A stretch of DNA of 64,000 nt from Candidatus Hydrogenedentota bacterium (GTDB lineage Bacteria; Hydrogenedentota; Hydrogenedentia; Hydrogenedentales; SLHB01), in assembly GCA_045863295.1 (NCBI GenBank), contig BTWA01000021.1, forward strand, positions 39,705 through 103,704. Reading direction: 5' to 3'. The position numbers were made by a program, and so were the translations under genes. Below, piece by piece: positions 18,973-28,410 of the stretch. The notes beneath the pieces were generated by a model that worked only from the letters and a program-made list of their open reading frames with translations, made no database searches and was not told the DNA's origin. Positions within the stretch are counted from its first letter, which is position 1; each line of letters starts with the position of its first letter.

Positions 18973-20226
18973 ATGGAATCGATTCCACCAGAGTCGGCGC
19001 GCGCGACGGTTGACACTGTCTACCGAGCGGAGTCGCGCCGTGTTCTTGCGACGCTTGTGAGGCTGATTGGCGATTTCGATCTGGCTGAGGAGGCGCTACA
19101 CGAAGCCTTTACCGCGGCCGTGGAAAAATGGGCGGACAACGGCATTCCATCCAATCCCCGCGCTTGGCTCGTTTCGACTGGACGATTCAAGGCTATCGAC
19201 GTAATTCGACGTCGCGCCCGTTTTGACGCAGCGCAGGAAACCATAGCTGAGGCAGTTCACGGTTCGCAGCCTGAAGTGCCTCACGTTGACGACGATACCG
19301 GTGTCGGCGATGACCAGCTTCGAATGATTTTCACTTGTTGCCACCCGGCCCTTCCGCCGGAGGCGCGCATAGCGCTGACACTTCGTGAAGTATGTGGGTT
19401 GACAACGGAGGAAATCGCGCGCGCGTTTCTTACCTCGCCTCCAACGCTGGCTCAACGCATAGTGCGCGCAAAGGCCAAGATTCGCGATGCGGGCATACCG
19501 TATCAAGTACCCGCTCCGGCAGAACTGGCAGACCGGCTTGACACAGTCCTCCAGGTAGTTTATCTGGTATTCAACGAGGGCTATTCCGCATCGTTTGGCG
19601 ATTCATTGATGCGAGTAGAATTGTCTGCCGAGGCGATTCGGCTGGGTCGCCTGTTAGTTGGCCTGTTGCCGGAGCCTGAGGCGATGGGTCTACTTGCGCT
19701 CATGCTGTTGCAGGAGTCGCGTAGCTCTTCGCGCACTTCCCCCGATGGCGACATCGTTTTGCTGGAAGATCAGGATCGATCCACGTGGAATCGCGAGTAT
19801 ATTGCCGAAGGAATTTCTCTCGTGGAACGGGCGTTGAGCTCGCGACGCTTTGGACCCTATACGTTGCAGGCAGCGATTGCGGCAGTTCATGCGGAAGCAT
19901 CTTCGGCCGCCGATACTGACTGGGCTCAGATTGCCGCGCTGTATGGATTGCTGTTTCGAATAGATTCGTCGCCCATTGTTGAGTTGAATAGGGCCGTGGC
20001 AATCGCCATGCACGAAGGTCCTGAAGTGGGACTGAGAATTATCGAGGCTATTCTAGACAGGGGCGATCTTCAAGGGTACCACCTCGCGCACTCTGCACGG
20101 GCAGAGTTGTGCCGGCGACTCGGACGCATGGACGATGCCAGGGCATCGTTTGAACGGGCGCTGAGTCTCACAAAGCTGGGACCGGAACGCCGATTTCTGG
20201 AGGGCCGGCTGAACCAGCTTCGCTGA
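18973..20226 (+). CDS. ECF sigma factor with C-terminal TPR extension (ECF42-like)
   Basis: DLAEEALHEAF, FTCCHPAL, GLTTEEIARAFL, YLVFNEGY and GPYTLQAAIAAVH; flanked by DGPF genes. Confidence 0.92.
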   Translation: MESIPPESARATVDTVYRAESRRVLATLVRLIGDFDLAEEALHEAFTAAVEKWADNGIPSNPRAWLVSTGRFKAIDVIRRRARFDAAQETIAEAVHGSQPEVPHVDDDTGVGDDQLRMIFTCCHPALPPEARIALTLREVCGLTTEEIARAFLTSPPTLAQRIVRAKAKIRDAGIPYQVPAPAELADRLDTVLQVVYLVFNEGYSASFGDSLMRVELSAEAIRLGRLLVGLLPEPEAMGLLALMLLQESRSSSRTSPDGDIVLLEDQDRSTWNREYIAEGISLVERALSSRRFGPYTLQAAIAAVHAEASSAADTDWAQIAALYGLLFRIDSSPIVELNRAVAIAMHEGPEVGLRIIEAILDRGDLQGYHLAHSARAELCRRLGRMDDARASFERALSLTKLGPERRFLEGRLNQLR

Positions 20227-20227
20227 G

Positions 20228-20257
20228 TGTCGAAGAGGATTCAGCCTATTCGACCAT
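20228..20257 (+). promoter_or_regulatory. Putative ECF42-type promoter
   Basis: TGTCGA-17 bp-CGAC, with ATTCGACCAT shared with 18061-18070. Confidence 0.65.
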
Positions 20258-20321
20258 CTCGCAGAAGGCCGCCGAGCACCTATTCGTTCACAACACATGC
20301 CATGACACAGGGAGAAACACC

Positions 20322-20726
20322 ATGCGATTCATGATGCTAATGATTCCCAATGTTTACAAGAACGCGGAGCCTGACTTCCGCCCCGATGCAGATGCAGTCA
20401 TGGAGATGATGAAGTTCAATGAGGCCCTTGCCAACTCGGGTTCGCTGATCGGTCTGGACGGTCTTCATCCGCCGATCACAGGGGCTCGTGTAACGTTTAG
20501 GGCGGGAAAGGCGACCATAACGGATGGTCCTTTTACGGAATCGAAGGAGCATTTGGGCGGATACTGGATAATCAATGTCCCATCCCGACAGGATGCCATT
20601 GACTGGGCGGCGAAATGCCCCGCGCAGGATGGCGACGTAATCGAAGTGCGTCAAATCTTCGAGTGCGAAGAATTTCCCCAAGACGTACAAGACGCTGTAC
20701 GTTCGATTGAACTCGGCATGGGTTGA
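20322..20726 (+). CDS. YciI/DGPF-family protein
   Basis: GLHPP and TDGPFTESKEHLGGYW. Confidence 0.9.
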   Translation: MRFMMLMIPNVYKNAEPDFRPDADAVMEMMKFNEALANSGSLIGLDGLHPPITGARVTFRAGKATITDGPFTESKEHLGGYWIINVPSRQDAIDWAAKCPAQDGDVIEVRQIFECEEFPQDVQDAVRSIELGMG

Positions 20727-20783
20727 ACGGTGCATTCCCAGAAGGGATAACCCCGTGGGGTTTTGCAGCCTTCTGATAGCATT

Positions 20784-20827
20784 GGGCGGCGCCGGATAGG
20801 ATACCCGGCGCCGCCCGGCTTTTGTTT
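20784..20827 (+). terminator. Intrinsic terminator between convergent genes
   Basis: GGGCGGCGCCGG...CCGGCGCCGCCC followed shortly by a T-rich tract. Confidence 0.75.
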
Positions 20828-21191
20828 AGACGTTTTGGTCGAACAAGAGCCCTTGGAGCTCGCGCGTTTGGGCCAATACATCCAGCACTTCCTCGGGAGG
20901 AATCTGCTTGATGACCTCATTGGCTTCGTTCACGATTTGCACCACGATTCGTTCCGTGGCCGCATCAATACTCAGATGCAGCCCAGCCTGTTCCGAAATC
21001 TTCTTCGGTTCGGGCTTCGGCGCTGTAATCGCCTGATGCAATGCTTTCGCTTCCTCTTCCGCTTTGGCGGTTGCTTTCGCTGCCGCGGCCTTTGCCGCGG
21101 TAGCCACATCCGGTTGCGGCGTCTGAAGCGTGGGCGCGTTTACCGCCGCCAAGGCACGGAGCTCCGGCCCTGATACGCTACGCACTCCCAT
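20826..21191 (-). CDS. flaG: Flagellar protein FlaG
   Basis: LHLSID..TERIVVQIVN...EVIKQIPPEE...GLLFD; lies downstream of the flagellins. Confidence 0.9.
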   Translation of the reverse strand: MGVRSVSGPELRALAAVNAPTLQTPQPDVATAAKAAAAKATAKAEEEAKALHQAITAPKPEPKKISEQAGLHLSIDAATERIVVQIVNEANEVIKQIPPEEVLDVLAQTRELQGLLFDQNV

Positions 21192-21349
21192 AGCTCACTT
21201 CTCCCTGTTAGGGACTGATCGCGGGGTTCATCCCCCTCGCCTCACGATGCTGTATCCCTTTTCGGGCGCGCTCATGGGGTCGCAGGGTAATCCTGCGTCC
21301 TCCTTGAGCTACATCCCTCGTCTATCGCGCAATTCGCGACCGACCACCG

Positions 21350-22165
21350 TTATCCCAGAAGACTCAACGCGGTCTGCGGCAGGACGTTGGCCTGAGCCAA
21401 CACTGACGTACCTGCGCTCACCAGAATCTGGGTCCGGGTGAAGTTGATCGTTTCACGCGCGATATCCGCGTCGCGGATGCCGCTCTCGGAGGCCGCCGAG
21501 TTCTCTTCTTGAATGGCCAATGTGTTAATCGTGAACTGCAACCGGTTCTGCTGCGCGCCCAGCGTGCTGCGCAATTGCGTCACGCTGCGAATCGCCCGGT
21601 CGACCGTGCTTAACGCGTTCACCGCCGACGTAATGCTGGAAACCGACACGGCACTGACGCCCAGATCGGCTGTCGACGCGCCACGAGAAGTAACCAACAG
21701 GGTTTGACCTTGGCGCGATCCCACTTGCAGGGTAATCGTCTGCGCCGCGCTCAACACGCGCACGCCGTTGAACTCCGTGTCAAATGCGATGCTGTCGATC
21801 TGAGTCAGCAACTGGCTGACTTCCTGGTTGATGTCCGCGCGGTTTGTGTCGGTCAACGTGCCGTTGGCCGACTGAACCGCCAGTTCGCGGATACGTTGAA
21901 GGATGTTTGTGGTTTCACCCAGCGAACCTTCCGCCGTCTGCACCAGGCTGACGCCGTCTTGTGCATTGCGCTGGGCCACTTGCGCGCCGTTGACAACGGA
22001 CCGGAATCCTTCGGCGATGCCCAAACCGGCCGCGTCGTCCTTCGCGCGATTGATACGAAGACCGCTCGAGAGCCTTTCCAACGTGGTGTTTAAGCTCTGT
22101 GTCGAACGGTTGAGAATACGTCCCGCATTGAGCGCGGCAATATTCGAATTAATTCGCAATCCCAT
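21350..22165 (-). CDS. fliC: Flagellin (271 aa)
   Basis: LERLSSGLRINRAKDDAAG, QTAEG, LGAQQNRL and IRDADIA; AAGGAGG before ATG 22165. Confidence 0.97.
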   Translation of the reverse strand: MGLRINSNIAALNAGRILNRSTQSLNTTLERLSSGLRINRAKDDAAGLGIAEGFRSVVNGAQVAQRNAQDGVSLVQTAEGSLGETTNILQRIRELAVQSANGTLTDTNRADINQEVSQLLTQIDSIAFDTEFNGVRVLSAAQTITLQVGSRQGQTLLVTSRGASTADLGVSAVSVSSITSAVNALSTVDRAIRSVTQLRSTLGAQQNRLQFTINTLAIQEENSAASESGIRDADIARETINFTRTQILVSAGTSVLAQANVLPQTALSLLG

Positions 22166-22623
22166 ACATATACCTCCTTGAGTGGCTATTCCGAGGCATC
22201 CCTTGCCCCGGACGCAGCGCCTTCGCGCCGCGATTTTGTTCAAATCGCTTCGGCGAACATCCCTATTCGCCGAGGCGCCCTACCGCCGTTCTTTTTGTGT
22301 GACCGATCCCCCCTTTCCGATGCATCCGTCGCGCAGACACGGCGAGCCGGTACGGCCGTCCGCCGCGACATTCCGCGTCTACGGGCGCAGATAAGGTTCC
22401 ATGCATGAACCGGCATTGGCGAACAGCCACACCCCGCGGCATGAAGCCGCATTGTTTCATTGCGGCCTACACAGCGGGGGGGCTTCGCTCTTCGGTCCAT
22501 TCACGTCAGATACAAGGCGGTGGGCATGGCGGCGTAAAGCCACTTATCGACCCACTGCCAGAATCCGCTATCAAATAATCTGGCCGTTCTCGGGCCAGGA
22601 ATTTGCCCGAGTCAAATCAGCCA

Positions 22624-23439
22624 TTATCCCAGAAGCTGGAGCGCGGTCTGCGGAATGATGTTGGCCTGCGCCAGTACCGACGTACCCGCGCTAACCAAGA
22701 TCTGCGTGCGCGTGAAGTTGATCGTCTCGCGGGCAATGTCCGCGTCGCGAATCGCACTTTCAGAAGCTGCCGAGTTCTCTTCCTGGATAGCCAGCGTGTT
22801 GATGGTGAATTGAAGCCGGTTCTGTTGCGCACCGAGCGTACTGCGCAATTGCGTGACGCTGCGGATCGCCCGGTCAACCGTGCTCAACGCGTTAACAGCC
22901 GAAGTTATGCTGGAAACCGATACCGCGCTGACGCCCAAGTCGGCCGTCGAAGCTCCGCGGGAGGTTACCAACAGCGTCTGCCCCTGGCGAGAACCGACTT
23001 GCAATGTGATGGTCTGTGCGGCGCTCAGCACACGGACGCCGTTGAACTCCGTGTCAAAGGCGATGCTGTCAATCTGAGTCAGAAGTTGAGAGACTTCCGC
23101 GTTAATGTCAGCACGGTTGATGTCCGTGAGGGTGCCGTTGGCCGATTGCACCGCAAGCTCGCGGATGCGTTGCAGAATGTTCGTGGTTTCACCCAGCGAA
23201 CCTTCCGCCGTTTGCACCAGGCTGACACCGTCTTGTGCGTTGCGCTGGGCTACCTGCGAACCGCTCACGACCGACCGAAAACCTTCGGCAATGGCAAGAC
23301 CGGCTGCGTCGTCCTTGGCGCGATTGATGCGCAGACCGCTGGAAAGACGTTCCAACGTCGTATTCAAGCTTTGTGTGGATCGATTCAGAATGCGGGATGC
23401 ATTGAGAGCGGCAGTATTCGTATTGATGCGAAGACCCAT
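22624..23439 (-). CDS. fliC: Flagellin (271 aa), tandem paralog
   Basis: Same motifs as the neighbour; GGAGGA before ATG 23439. Confidence 0.97.
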   Translation of the reverse strand: MGLRINTNTAALNASRILNRSTQSLNTTLERLSSGLRINRAKDDAAGLAIAEGFRSVVSGSQVAQRNAQDGVSLVQTAEGSLGETTNILQRIRELAVQSANGTLTDINRADINAEVSQLLTQIDSIAFDTEFNGVRVLSAAQTITLQVGSRQGQTLLVTSRGASTADLGVSAVSVSSITSAVNALSTVDRAIRSVTQLRSTLGAQQNRLQFTINTLAIQEENSAASESAIRDADIARETINFTRTQILVSAGTSVLAQANIIPQTALQLLG

Positions 23440-23910
23440 GACGTATTCCTCCGTGAGTGCTTTGGCCCGCGCGTCCGTGCGCGGTTCATCCCCGTCAGCT
23501 CGTTCGTGTCCTGTCCGGCATCCATTGCCGGCCACGACCGCCCGCACTTATCCCAAGTGCGCGCCTTAATGCACAACCCAAAGTGCGAGGCATTCGTTTT
23601 TGGCTTGGCGCCCGGCATCCCTACCGGCCTTACAAACCGCGAATACATCCGCCTAATGCGTTGTGGCCAATCCTTCGCATCGCGTCACCCTCTATTGAAC
23701 CTGCCACCGCCAGGACCCATAATTCCCGGCTGCGGCTTCCGCAGGTCGTAAGACCTCCGGATCATCCCTGATCGATTCAAAACTGGTTCGATGCGTCGAC
23801 TGGGCTTGTTCAACTCTCAACCTTTATCGGCATCGCCGATGAAGGCATACTTGCGCCAAATTTCCGTATAGTCGACCTCCTTGTGCGCGTTTCCACCCCA
23901 TCCTTGGTGT
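23440..23910 (-). promoter_or_regulatory. Array of GGA-loop hairpins (CsrA/RsmA-type sites) in the flagellin leader
   Basis: Minus-strand hairpins such as CCGGCA-ATGGA-TGCCGG, GCACTT-GGGAT-AAGTGC and GATCA-GGGA-TGATC. Confidence 0.7.
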
Positions 23911-23977
23911 GGGCCCTACCCGTCTTTCGCCCTCGCAGGCCTTGTCGCCAAGGTCCACTTCGGCGTGTCTGAGAGAT

Positions 23978-24005
23978 CTATCGGCAACTTTAGCCAAGAA
24001 CTTTA
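23978..24005 (-). promoter_or_regulatory. sigma28 (FliA/SigD) promoter
   Basis: TAAA-16 bp-GCCGATAG on the minus strand; a second GCCGATAA at 23824-23831. Confidence 0.75.
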
Positions 24006-24139
24006 GCGGTAGTTGAGAATTTTTTTTCGGAGGTGAAACGGGCAGTGAGAGAACGCCGAACGGCAACACTTGGCAGTTGCCGGGCAAGGACGCAAGACAT
24101 TAAAAATCAGATAGTTACAAAAACTATCCGGGTCCAATG

Positions 24140-26596
24140 TCAATAGGCTCCGTAAGGATCGAGGTCGACTTTCACTTGTACTTTCCCGAGTCCGCTGCCC
24201 TGACTCAATACCGCACGCGCCGCCCGGACGAGCTGATTTACACGCCTACCACTCTTCGAGAGCAAGCCGATGTTCCATCGATACTTCTTCATCACCCGGC
24301 TCACTGACGCGGGGGCTGGGCCAAGGATTTCCATTCCCTTGTAGCCGAGCCGATCTATTTCCTCGCGCACCACCCGGTGCACGAGCATGGCACCGCGTTC
24401 GGCCTCGCGAGGGTCTTCAGCCTCTATAAGCAAGTGTCCCATGCGGCGAAAAGGAGGATACTGAGCGGCTTCGCGCTGGGCAATCTCTTTGTCAAAAAAG
24501 CCGTCGTAGTCGTGTTCCGCCGCTGCTTGGATGGCATAGTGCCGGGGCCGGTAGGTCTGCACGATAACTTGCCCAGGCCGGTTTCCCCGCCCGGCGCGCC
24601 CCGCGACCTGTGTTAAGAGTTGAAAGGTCGTCTCCGCGGCGCGGAAGTCGGGTATCCCCAATCCCATGTCCGCGTTGATCACGCCCACGAGCGTCACGCC
24701 CGGATAATCATGGCCCTTGGCGATCATTTGGGTGCCCACTAGAATGTCAATATCCCCATTGGCCAAGCGGCCCAGGATCTTGGCGTGACCGCCCTTGCCC
24801 GAAGTGGTGTCGGCATCCATGCGGGCAATCCTGAATTGCTCGAATGTTCGCTGCAGTACGTCTTCCACGCGCTGCGTGCCCGCGCCCATGAACAATAGGG
24901 GATTGAAATGACATTGGTCGCATACTGGCGGCACGCTTCGTTGACGGTTGCAGTAGTGGCACCGGAGATATGCGCCTTTTTGGTGGTAGGTCATGCTGAC
25001 GTTGCAGTCCGGGCATTCGGCAAGCCAACCGCACGATGGACACAGGACAAACGGCGCAAAGCCCCGGCGATTCAGCAACAGCAGGGCTTGCCCACCGCCT
25101 GATACACAGTCCCTCACAGCGCTCTCCAAGCGTCTGGACAAGAATGCGTTAGCACCGATTTCCCGGGTTTCATCCCTCATATCGATCACAGTTACTTCCG
25201 GCAACACTCCTTGGGTAGCGCGCCCTGGCAATACCAGGCAAACTGATTTGCCAGCGCGTGTGTTGTGGTACGATTCAATGGACGGTGTGGCCGAACCGAG
25301 CACACAGACCGCGTCATTCATCATGGCACGCATGACTGCGACGTCTCTTGCGTGGTAGCGCGGCGTCTCACCTTGCTTGTAGGAATTGTCGTGTTCCTCA
25401 TCCACTATGATGATGCCGAGGTTCCTTACTGGTGCGAAGATGGCGGACCGCGCGCCTACGACTATGCGCACTTCGCCGCGATGCGCCCGTCTCCACTCGT
25501 CGTAGCGTTCGCCTGCTCCAAGTCCGGAATGAAGTACGGCAATCTCAGTCTGAAACCGTGCCTTAAACCTTCCCACGGTTTGCGGCGTGAGCGAAATTTC
25601 GGGTACCAACATAATGGCGTCGCGGCCTTCCGCCAATACCGCCTCTATGACCTGCAAATACACTTCGGTCTTGCCCGATCCCGTCACCCCTTTTAATAGA
25701 AACGTCTGAAATTTTTTGTCATGCACGGCCGCCACAATGGCGTCATGTGCGGCCTGTTGATTCGCATTGAGCGTATGTTTAAGTGCGGAGCCACCGTCCA
25801 CCGCGATGTCGGGCACACGATACACTTCCCTATCTTCGACACGAAGCAGTCCGCGATCACATAGCGCGCGAACGGTTGTCGAAGTGGCTTGATGCTTTTC
25901 GTAGAGTTCGGAAGCCATGCGCTCAGGTTGATTATTTAGAAGATCGAGGTAAACTGCTGCCTGCCTCGGTGCCCGGCGCTGCAGTTGCTCCAGAGAAGCG
26001 GCGTCAGGTATCGCCGATTCGATCAAATGTACATATGATTCCGTGTGAAAAGACGCGCTTTGACGCGGCACCATCGGTTCGGCGCGCAGCACATCGCGCG
26101 CCACGAGCGAATGCAGCGTATTGCTCAGCGAGCCCCTGCCCATGGCCTTTGCCAATTGCCCCTCTGTCAAGGGACCGCGCTGATACAACAGGGCGATGAT
26201 CTTACGCTGCCGATCCGTAAAACGGCCCTCGCAAATCTGATTCGGATTCAGAACGTACCGGACTTTCGACTTGATCACGAGACCGGCGGGCAGGGCGCAG
26301 TGAAGCGCTTCACCCCACGAACAGCAATAGTACTCTCCAATCCACTTGCACAGTTCCAGCAATTCGCGCGTGAATACAGGCTCGGGGTCGGGCAAATCTA
26401 CAACTGCCTTTACACCGTCGATTTCGACGCTGTCGCGCACCGCTACCACATAACCCATTTCCCTGCGTTGCTTCACGGGGACCAAGGCACGCATACCTGT
26501 CTGTGCACGATGTTGCAAAGGCGAAGGAACGGAGTAGGTAAACGCCTGTTCGACGGGAATGGGCAGAACCACATCAACGTAAAGGGGGCCGGGCAT
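24140..26596 (-). CDS. priA: Primosomal protein N'
   Basis: GVTGSGKTEVY, VPEISLTPQ, DEEH, four CxxC zinc motifs, GTQMIAKG and QVAGRAGR. Confidence 0.97.
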   Translation of the reverse strand: MPGPLYVDVVLPIPVEQAFTYSVPSPLQHRAQTGMRALVPVKQRREMGYVVAVRDSVEIDGVKAVVDLPDPEPVFTRELLELCKWIGEYYCCSWGEALHCALPAGLVIKSKVRYVLNPNQICEGRFTDRQRKIIALLYQRGPLTEGQLAKAMGRGSLSNTLHSLVARDVLRAEPMVPRQSASFHTESYVHLIESAIPDAASLEQLQRRAPRQAAVYLDLLNNQPERMASELYEKHQATSTTVRALCDRGLLRVEDREVYRVPDIAVDGGSALKHTLNANQQAAHDAIVAAVHDKKFQTFLLKGVTGSGKTEVYLQVIEAVLAEGRDAIMLVPEISLTPQTVGRFKARFQTEIAVLHSGLGAGERYDEWRRAHRGEVRIVVGARSAIFAPVRNLGIIIVDEEHDNSYKQGETPRYHARDVAVMRAMMNDAVCVLGSATPSIESYHNTRAGKSVCLVLPGRATQGVLPEVTVIDMRDETREIGANAFLSRRLESAVRDCVSGGGQALLLLNRRGFAPFVLCPSCGWLAECPDCNVSMTYHQKGAYLRCHYCNRQRSVPPVCDQCHFNPLLFMGAGTQRVEDVLQRTFEQFRIARMDADTTSGKGGHAKILGRLANGDIDILVGTQMIAKGHDYPGVTLVGVINADMGLGIPDFRAAETTFQLLTQVAGRAGRGNRPGQVIVQTYRPRHYAIQAAAEHDYDGFFDKEIAQREAAQYPPFRRMGHLLIEAEDPREAERGAMLVHRVVREEIDRLGYKGMEILGPAPASVSRVMKKYRWNIGLLSKSGRRVNQLVRAARAVLSQGSGLGKVQVKVDLDPYGAY

Positions 26597-26607
26597 AGAG
26601 GAGTCGG

Positions 26608-27210
26608 TCAGGGCTGCATCTGGGGCTGAAGACCCCACTGCTTTGTATCGACAAACCGCTGCCACACGACAAGCTGTTCATCGGGCACGCGCTTGCCGAG
26701 TTGCGGAAGCCATGCCGGTTTCGCCGGCTGATGGAGTAACGGCATGTTGGCCTCGTCAGGCGTGCGGTTTCCTTTACGCACGTTGCAGGGCAGACAGGCG
26801 AGCACCAGGTTCTCCCAGGAATCACCGCCGCCGCGCGATTGGGGCAGCACATGGTCGATGGTAAGTTGCGAACGCGAGAAATGCTTGCCGCAATACTGGC
26901 ACATATGATGATCGCGCTCAAAGATTCCTTGACGGGAGAAACGGACTTCGTGACGTATAAAGCCATTGAAGTCGCGAAGCTGTATCACTTCCGGCACGCG
27001 GACCCGCAGCGTAGGCGTGTAGATATACCGGCCGCCAAGCCCGTCTTGCGACAGTTCCAGCCAGCGGTCGAACGCATACAACGAGAAATCGTGAGGGTGG
27101 ATGGCACGCGCCACGTCCAGATACATCAGCGTCAGCGCGCGCCGCACCGGTGCGAGGTGTACTGCCACCCACGACCTGTTTAGGACCAGCACGCTGCCGT
27201 TCAACATCAC
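26608..27210 (-). CDS. HNH endonuclease
   Basis: VLVLN, ERD..CQYCG, TIDHVLPQSRGG and WENLVLAC..CNVRKG. Confidence 0.93.
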   Translation of the reverse strand: MMLNGSVLVLNRSWVAVHLAPVRRALTLMYLDVARAIHPHDFSLYAFDRWLELSQDGLGGRYIYTPTLRVRVPEVIQLRDFNGFIRHEVRFSRQGIFERDHHMCQYCGKHFSRSQLTIDHVLPQSRGGGDSWENLVLACLPCNVRKGNRTPDEANMPLLHQPAKPAWLPQLGKRVPDEQLVVWQRFVDTKQWGLQPQMQP

Positions 27211-27264
27211 GGCTCTCCTGTAAACCTCGAATCCAGTATTCCCGGAATAGCAAGGGTCCGCTGA

Positions 27265-27293
27265 AGTATATGCACCCAGTCCAACCCTGTCAA
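27265..27293 (-). promoter_or_regulatory. sigma70 promoter for HNH-priA
   Basis: TTGACA-17 bp-TATACT on the minus strand. Confidence 0.8.
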
Positions 27294-27601
27294 ACCGCGC
27301 ACAACGCTAAGAATCGGGAACCCTTTCCGCGTGCGGGCGTTGAGTGGCTCCCTTATAGTTCCTGATATGCGCACCCACCTTTGTGGTCAAGACGAGGGTA
27401 TCTGGCTGGAATCTGAAGGTTGAGTAATAGTCACGCGCGATATTGAAATCCCGAAAGACAGAACCGCTACGGGACGCGATTGAACTGGCGACTCAGTTTC
27501 TACGATTTGGCAGACAATGCCACGCAGGGTGGCGAGCTAGCTTTGCGTCTAATGACTGGAATCATCATCGACTTGGACAGGTAGTGGTACGCGACAAACC
27601 A

Positions 27602-28366
27602 CTATTTCCGCAATGCCTCCAACCTGGACAAAGCATCAATCGTTGCCTCCGTCATTGGCCACTTCCCGGGGTACTTAATGAATTCAATGTGTCCGTCCTT
27701 GTAGGCCACGTTACCGCCCATGGCGGACCTGCTCAGCGGAATCACCGGGCCGAAGAGATATACCCCCAATGCCCCCGGATACGAGTGCGGTCGTTCGATG
27801 AACACGGGAATCTCGGAATCCGGCGCGGACTTCCACTTGGGAAGATTCGCCTCTGATTCGGGAATCATTTGCCGGTATACAGAATCGTTCAGCCTTCGGA
27901 TTTGCTCAATTGGGCTATCCACGGGCAGGTCCGTGTCGAAGGGCAGACCTTCGTCAATGCGCTTCGTATACGCATCCGCGAACAGCGCCACCATTTCATC
28001 ATTCCACACGGCATAGCCAAGGTAGAAGTAGCTGCTGTTCTCGAAGTAATACTCGTCCGGTTTGCCTTCTATCCATGCAGGATCGGCATGACTCATCAAC
28101 AGCCACGGCACGGCGAGATAGTCCGGATACATGTCGTCCGTGTCAAACATCAAACGACCCGGCAGGGATGACAAAGCAGGGTAGACGCCATCGTGCTCAA
28201 CGGCGTAAATCTTCACGCCCATGATGGCACTTTTTACGGGCGGCGCATATCGAAAGTCGTGCGATCGATGGGCATAAAACGCAATCAGTAGAAGAAGGCC
28301 CGCCATGCCGATCAGCACCGACAAGGTGGACGCGGCCACGACAAAGATGAAGCGCAATCGCTTCAA
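27602..28366 (-). CDS. DUF1559-related protein without a prepilin cleavage site
   Basis: N-terminal TM; MYPDYL, SYFYLGYA and GGNVAYKDGHIEFIKYPGKWPM resemble the DUF1559 C-terminus. Confidence 0.7.
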   Translation of the reverse strand: MKRLRFIFVVAASTLSVLIGMAGLLLLIAFYAHRSHDFRYAPPVKSAIMGVKIYAVEHDGVYPALSSLPGRLMFDTDDMYPDYLAVPWLLMSHADPAWIEGKPDEYYFENSSYFYLGYAVWNDEMVALFADAYTKRIDEGLPFDTDLPVDSPIEQIRRLNDSVYRQMIPESEANLPKWKSAPDSEIPVFIERPHSYPGALGVYLFGPVIPLSRSAMGGNVAYKDGHIEFIKYPGKWPMTEATIDALSRLEALRK

Positions 28367-28410
28367 TCACGCCTCCGTGCGCGTTGGACATCTCTGTCCA
28401 TTGCGCCTCC

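Noticed and set aside
22603..23751. 382-aa plus-strand ORF
   Set aside because: Antisense shadow of flagellin; no recognisable motifs.
26608..27210. HNH as part of a defence or mobile system
   Set aside because: No methylase, RuvC motifs, intron, terminal repeats or defence neighbours.
27300..27601. Possible 6S RNA or c-di-GMP riboswitch in the intergenic gap
   Set aside because: Only fragmentary resemblance (CACCCACC, GAAA...GGGACGC); I could not build the required stems. An Rfam search would settle it.
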